From positions 8,133-72,132 of the forward strand of contig DBRS01000004.1 in assembly GCA_002306085.1 (NCBI GenBank): DNA of 64,000 nt. Direction: 5' to 3'. The notes below the pieces were generated by a model. The model saw only the letters and a list, made by a program, of their open reading frames with translations. It searched no databases and was not told where the DNA came from. Below are positions 59,578 to 64,000 of this stretch, piece after piece. Each line of letters starts with the position of its first letter. Position 1 is the stretch's first letter. A program made the position numbers and the translations under genes. The DNA comes from Candidatus Moranbacteria bacterium UBA1362 (lineage in GTDB: Bacteria; Patescibacteriota; Minisyncoccia; Moranbacterales; GWC2-37-73).

Positions 59578-59982
59578 ATGAAATTTTCAACAAAAGCGGA
59601 ATATGGCCTTAGAGCCATGGTAAATCTGGCAAAACACTATCCTGGACAAAAAACAGCCAAATTGATATCCAAAGAAGAGGATATTTCCCAAAAGTATCTT
59701 GAACGCCTACTGGCAACCTTATGCAGCGAAGGCATAGTTGATAGCAGCAAGGGAAAATCCGGAGGATATGTGCTTGCCAGAGATCCCAAAAAGATTTCAG
59801 CAGGTGAAATAATAGAGGTTTTGGAAGGAAGCATATCTCCAATGAGATGTGCCGGGGAATTTTGTGCCGCGGAAAAACGGTGTCTTTCAAGCATAGTTTG
59901 GATTGAATTGGGGCAACAGATCAGAAAAACACTTTATTCAATAAAGCTAGACAGCCTTATCCGTCAAAAACGTAGAAAATAA
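59578..59982 (+). CDS. Rrf2-family regulator (IscR-like)
   Basis: STKAEYGLRAM, YLE, G..GGY.LA motifs; three Cys (CAGEFCAAEKRC). Confidence 0.92.
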   Translation: MKFSTKAEYGLRAMVNLAKHYPGQKTAKLISKEEDISQKYLERLLATLCSEGIVDSSKGKSGGYVLARDPKKISAGEIIEVLEGSISPMRCAGEFCAAEKRCLSSIVWIELGQQIRKTLYSIKLDSLIRQKRRK

Positions 59983-59988
59983 CTCGCT

Positions 59989-61224
59989 ATGAACAAGAAA
60001 AAAATATATCTTGATTACGCCGCCACAACTCCCGTTGATTCCGAAATACTTGAAGCAATGCTCCCATATTTTTCTAAAGGCTACGGAAATCCGATGTCAA
60101 TTCATGGATTTGGCCAAGAAGCATTGGAAGCAGTTGATGAGGCGCGAGATAGAGCAGCTGACTTTTTTGGCTGCGCTCCTTCGGAAATATTCTTTACTTC
60201 CGGAGCAACCGAAAGCAATAATCTTGCAATCAAGGGTATTTTAAAGTCTTTCCGCATATTGCAGCTACAGACTAAAAAAGACATAAAGCCGCATATAATT
60301 ACAACAAAATTTGAACATCACTCGGTACTGGACGTCTGTAAGGCAGTTGAGAGAGGCGGGTTTGCAGAGATTACGTTCATAAATCCCGATAAAGAAGGAT
60401 TGATTTTAACTCGAGACATAGAAAAAACAATAAAACCTAACACCATTTTGGTATCCATAATGTATGTAAATAACGAAATAGGAACCTTGCAGCCGATTGC
60501 TGAAATTGGAAAAAAGTTGAAAAAAATAAACGAAGAAAGACAAAAAAACAAACAACCAAGAATTCTATTTCATACGGACGCCACTCAAGCTGTAAATTAT
60601 TTTAATTGCACAGTTGATGATCTTGGCGTGGACATGCTTTCCATGTCGGCACATAAAATATATGGACCCAAGGGAGTTGGAATACTTTATATCCGCAAGG
60701 GCACTCCAATTAAAAATATCCAGCAAGGCGGAGATCAGGAATTAAAAATGCGCGCAGGAACTCATAACGTTCCGGCAATCGTGGGTCTTGGAAAAGCAAT
60801 TTCAATGATCAAAAATCAAAAAACAAAAGAAGAATCAAACAAAATAAAAAAATTGAGAGATTATTTAATTGCACGAGTGTTAAAAGAGATACCCGGATCA
60901 TATCTGAACGGATCAAAAAATATGCGTTCTCCCAACAACGCAAACTTTAGATTTGACGATATAGAGGGAGAAGGATTGGTGCTCTCGCTTGATCTTGACG
61001 GCATTGCGGTTTCAACAGGAAGTGCATGCTCATCGGGAGCTTTAGAGCCATCACACGTTCTTCTGTCGCTCGGATTAAAACACGAACAAGCACATGGGAG
61101 CTTAAGGATAACTTTAGGAAAGCATATCTCGAGAGAAGACGTGGAACTATTAATATTAAAATTAAAAGAAGCAGTCGAACGACTAAGAAAAATTTCAGGA
61201 AACGTTCTGGCTGAATTCAAATGA
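59989..61224 (+). CDS. iscS: Cysteine desulfurase
   Basis: YLDYAATTP, FTSGATESNN, SAHKIYGPKGVG, STGSACSS motifs. Confidence 0.95.
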   Translation: MNKKKIYLDYAATTPVDSEILEAMLPYFSKGYGNPMSIHGFGQEALEAVDEARDRAADFFGCAPSEIFFTSGATESNNLAIKGILKSFRILQLQTKKDIKPHIITTKFEHHSVLDVCKAVERGGFAEITFINPDKEGLILTRDIEKTIKPNTILVSIMYVNNEIGTLQPIAEIGKKLKKINEERQKNKQPRILFHTDATQAVNYFNCTVDDLGVDMLSMSAHKIYGPKGVGILYIRKGTPIKNIQQGGDQELKMRAGTHNVPAIVGLGKAISMIKNQKTKEESNKIKKLRDYLIARVLKEIPGSYLNGSKNMRSPNNANFRFDDIEGEGLVLSLDLDGIAVSTGSACSSGALEPSHVLLSLGLKHEQAHGSLRITLGKHISREDVELLILKLKEAVERLRKISGNVLAEFK

Positions 61225-61227
61225 TAT

Positions 61228-61626
61228 ATGATGTATTCAAAAAAAGTGATGGAGCATTTCATGCGTCCTCACAATCAAGGAAAAATTAAGAATCCGGATG
61301 GCATAGGCATTGTCGGCAATCCCAAATGTGGCGATATCATGAGGATGTATATTAAAGTCGGCAAAAATAACAAGAATGAAGAAATGATTAAGGATATTAA
61401 GTTTGAAACATTGGGTTGCGGAGCCGCCATTGCCACCTCATCCGCGACTACGGATATGGCAAAAGGGAAGACCTTTAAAGAAGCACTCGAAATAGACAGA
61501 AATGTGGTCGCTGATGAACTCGGAGGATTGCCGCCAATAAAAATGCATTGCAGTAATTTAGCAGCAGACGCACTCAGAAGAGCGATTGAAGATTATAACA
61601 ATAAAAAGAAGAAAAATGTAAAATAA
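61228..61626 (+). CDS. iscU: Fe-S scaffold IscU/NifU-N
   Basis: YSKKVMEHF..P.N.G, GNP.CGD, GCGAAIA, LPPIKMHCS motifs. Confidence 0.95.
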   Translation: MMYSKKVMEHFMRPHNQGKIKNPDGIGIVGNPKCGDIMRMYIKVGKNNKNEEMIKDIKFETLGCGAAIATSSATTDMAKGKTFKEALEIDRNVVADELGGLPPIKMHCSNLAADALRRAIEDYNNKKKKNVK

Positions 61627-62169
61627 AACCTATTAAAAGTTTAGAGGATAAAAATTTCACGAGAAGAGAAGGAGGAAGGAACGCGAAGGTGTTTCTTCTT
61701 TGTTTTTTATTTTTCTTTATTTGATTAATACGCATTATATGTTCAGTAAATGATGGTAGGTGATATGAATATTGTTGTGTATAGATAGTCGCACAATATA
61801 TCTTTTGCGACATAATATATCATATACCCCCTTGTTTAAGCCTTTAATTTACAGATTGATTAACTGATTCAAATAGCCAGGATCGTACTTTCGCCCTCTA
61901 AAATATAACTGGATATGGATGTGTGTGCTGCCCACCCTAAAATAGCGCGAAATTTCGACCCACAATCAAATCTGATGATTTCAGGTCTAACTTTTTGCAT
62001 ATTCCAAAACCAACTTATCCTGTACACAAAATTTACCATTTCCACCATTTCGGGGATACATAGATGTATGTCTTCATGGCATCATTTGGCATAAAATCTT
62101 TACTAAAAAGAATAAAGCTATATCGTTACGCAAAACAATATAGCTTTTCATATACTGCATGGAAAAAGA

Positions 62170-62397
62170 TTAGATAATACTGCAAAATTCCAATTTATAT
62201 CCACATCTTGGACATATAAGAACATATCCTGCTTCGGATAATTGATAAACCTGCATTTTTACCGGACAACCCATTTCACATACGCGACCGGGTTTTTCTC
62301 CAGGTTTATATTGAAACTTTTTGGAAATTTTACATGAATCATTTAAACGATCAAACTCAAAAAATTGATTTCTAAAACTCTTCATAAGATTATTCAT
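62170..62397 (-). CDS. Small orphan zinc-ribbon-like protein (75 aa)
   Basis: GGAGG SD before ATG 62397; CEMGC...CPRCG; hairpin at about 62114-62147 downstream. Confidence 0.6.
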   Translation of the reverse strand: MNNLMKSFRNQFFEFDRLNDSCKISKKFQYKPGEKPGRVCEMGCPVKMQVYQLSEAGYVLICPRCGYKLEFCSII

Positions 62398-62607
62398 AAT
62401 CCCTCCGTTTTTTATTGGAAAAGAACAAGAATGAGAATCGGCCTTTATTCTATATTTAATTATAGCAGAGTCATCCAATGTTTCCTGTTCTGAGATATCC
62501 ACATTTGTTAACGTCGCACAACCTTTTATAGTATTGGTAGGCAAAAGTAATTAAAAATAAAAACAGCGCGAAAGATGTTGTCAAAATTTTAGAAGATTTT
62601 ATCAACC

Positions 62608-63909
62608 TTAATTATAAATTATCATTTGATCAATAACGGTCCCGCTTTTCGTTCCCATGGCTCCTACTAAAGCCCTTGAGGTATCAAGATAAATATTTGG
62701 ACCAAAATACGGATCATGCACCACATACTTCCCTGTTGAAGATTCCTTATGATGTATTACGACATAATGACCTCCACTTCCTTTTGTTTTTTTAATATAA
62801 ACAATCACAGGATTATCTTTTTTAATTTGCGAATCAATAACTTTCCAGCTAATATTCCCATGTCTCACCCCATAAGAAGCAAGTGAAACCTTATCGCCAT
62901 AAGACTTTGAAGGCCACGCAATGAGACCTTCTTCGGTATATATGGGTTTTTTGACAAGCTGCAAAGGAGTTATCTTGTCCTTATGCGCCGTAAAGACCAT
63001 AGCCACTGATGAAATGGCGCATCCGTAATTTTTCATCTTGAGGCCGGAAATACCAATTTTGACATCTCCCCACTTAGGATCGCGCTGGGAATAATACCAA
63101 TCGGTTGAAGCGAAAAGCGATGAAGGCGGTTCAGGAAAATCTTTCAATGAAAGACCGCTGTCAGCAAAAAATCGTTCTATATCAAGCAGCTGTTGTTTCT
63201 GCTCTTCTATGTTAGCCAGGAGTTTTCTATATCTTTCTTCTTCGCTTTTGGTCTGCACCAAAAGAACCTCCCGTTGTTTTTTCAGCGATTCCAAATTTGA
63301 GTTCTTGTCTTTAAGTTCCTGTGTTTTTTTGGCAATTTCACTCTTTTTCTTATCAATGGCATCTCTTTCTTCTTTGAGCTGGTTTTTTATTTCCGTAATT
63401 GAGTTAACAATATCTCTGATTTTGTCACCAGTCTGAGCAATCCTGTTTTTCGTGAGAATAAAAGAGGCTATGTTTCCTTTGGACAAATATGCCATTATCA
63501 AGCCTCCCTGATTTACTTCATAATAACCTCGGACAATTTCCGCGAGCAGCTTTTTTTGCGACTCGATCAATGTTTCCTTTTCTTTTATCTGACTTTCGAG
63601 TCTTATTATCTGGCTGTTGTATTCTTCAATCTGCCTGGTGCTTAATTCGATTTGCGTCTGAACCTGATTCAGGTTCGCTTCAGTAATGTATAACTGATTA
63701 CTTATTGATTCGCCCTGCTTTTCCTTTATTTCAACAATCTGCCGGTATATTTCGGCTTTTTTCTTAAGCTCTTCAAGTTTTTTTTGAGTGTCCTCCGAAA
63801 TCTCATCTTCACTGTCAGCTTTGGCGCAATAAAAAGATCCGAGGCAAATAGCCAAGACAAATGATATCACAAATAATGTATGGATTTTTTTTATTTTTAT
63901 ATGCATCAC
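62608..63909 (-). CDS. Exported coiled-coil protein with C-terminal C39-like papain-fold peptidase (PcsB/CwlO-like layout)
   Basis: Signal/TM segment, long coiled coil, YSQRDPKW, GCAISSVAM, GHYVV, HDP. Confidence 0.85.
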   Translation of the reverse strand: MMHIKIKKIHTLFVISFVLAICLGSFYCAKADSEDEISEDTQKKLEELKKKAEIYRQIVEIKEKQGESISNQLYITEANLNQVQTQIELSTRQIEEYNSQIIRLESQIKEKETLIESQKKLLAEIVRGYYEVNQGGLIMAYLSKGNIASFILTKNRIAQTGDKIRDIVNSITEIKNQLKEERDAIDKKKSEIAKKTQELKDKNSNLESLKKQREVLLVQTKSEEERYRKLLANIEEQKQQLLDIERFFADSGLSLKDFPEPPSSLFASTDWYYSQRDPKWGDVKIGISGLKMKNYGCAISSVAMVFTAHKDKITPLQLVKKPIYTEEGLIAWPSKSYGDKVSLASYGVRHGNISWKVIDSQIKKDNPVIVYIKKTKGSGGHYVVIHHKESSTGKYVVHDPYFGPNIYLDTSRALVGAMGTKSGTVIDQMIIYN

Positions 63910-64000
63910 AAAAGATTAAAGCATTTTTATTGCAAAAGTGATCCTTTTCAGGGCTTGATCTTTTCCGAGCACCCAAGCAACCTCAAATGGAGATGGAGAT

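Noticed and set aside
648-63686. Many overlapping antisense and alternate-frame ORFs in the supplied track
   Set aside because: They shadow well-supported genes and show no recognisable motifs or start signals.
1-64000. tRNA, rRNA, transposase, integrase or reverse transcriptase genes
   Set aside because: No matching motifs were found by eye; a tRNAscan or Infernal run would be needed to exclude small RNAs fully.

Overview
A 64-kb bacterial chromosomal segment in genetic code 11 (TGA is used as a stop). The gene mix suggests a Patescibacteria/CPR (Parcubacteria, Moranbacteria-like) genome: archaeal-type UMP kinase, fused ADP-forming acetate-CoA ligase, DUF4012-type proteins, many GT4s, and core genes without Shine-Dalgarno (SD) sites. 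This taxonomic call is an inference. The window carries chaperone and protease genes (dnaK 3' part, CIRCE-preceded dnaJ, clpB, two HtrA paralogs), recJ, murJ, lepA, a surface-glycan region (GT4s, Wzz-like, O-antigen ligase-like, rmlCBD-glyA-rmlA, UDPGP-like), rplI, pyrG, rpmA, pyrH, an Rrf2-iscS-iscU operon and several orphan secreted proteins. No tRNA, rRNA, CRISPR array, integrase, transposase or reverse transcriptase was recognised. Main leads: (1) three tandem, unrelated secreted enzymes all end in the same 14-aa tag D[TA]T[AP]P[AN][NT]PTGL[AS]V[SN]-stop, which resembles a lone first strand of an FN3 domain and is a candidate docking or sorting system; (2) scattered orphan genes share a leader of sigma70 promoter, boxA-like 12-mer, small hairpin and strong SD that core genes lack; (3) two tandem ~70-nt promoter-to-terminator small-RNA units; (4) diderm-type proteins (beta-barrel-like, BamE-like) in a presumed monoderm; (5) several altered proteins: dead HtrA, pseudo-receiver, RmlD with a CX3CX2C insert, extended bL27 and an amber-interrupted lipoprotein. 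All family calls come from motif recognition by eye; no database search was run.
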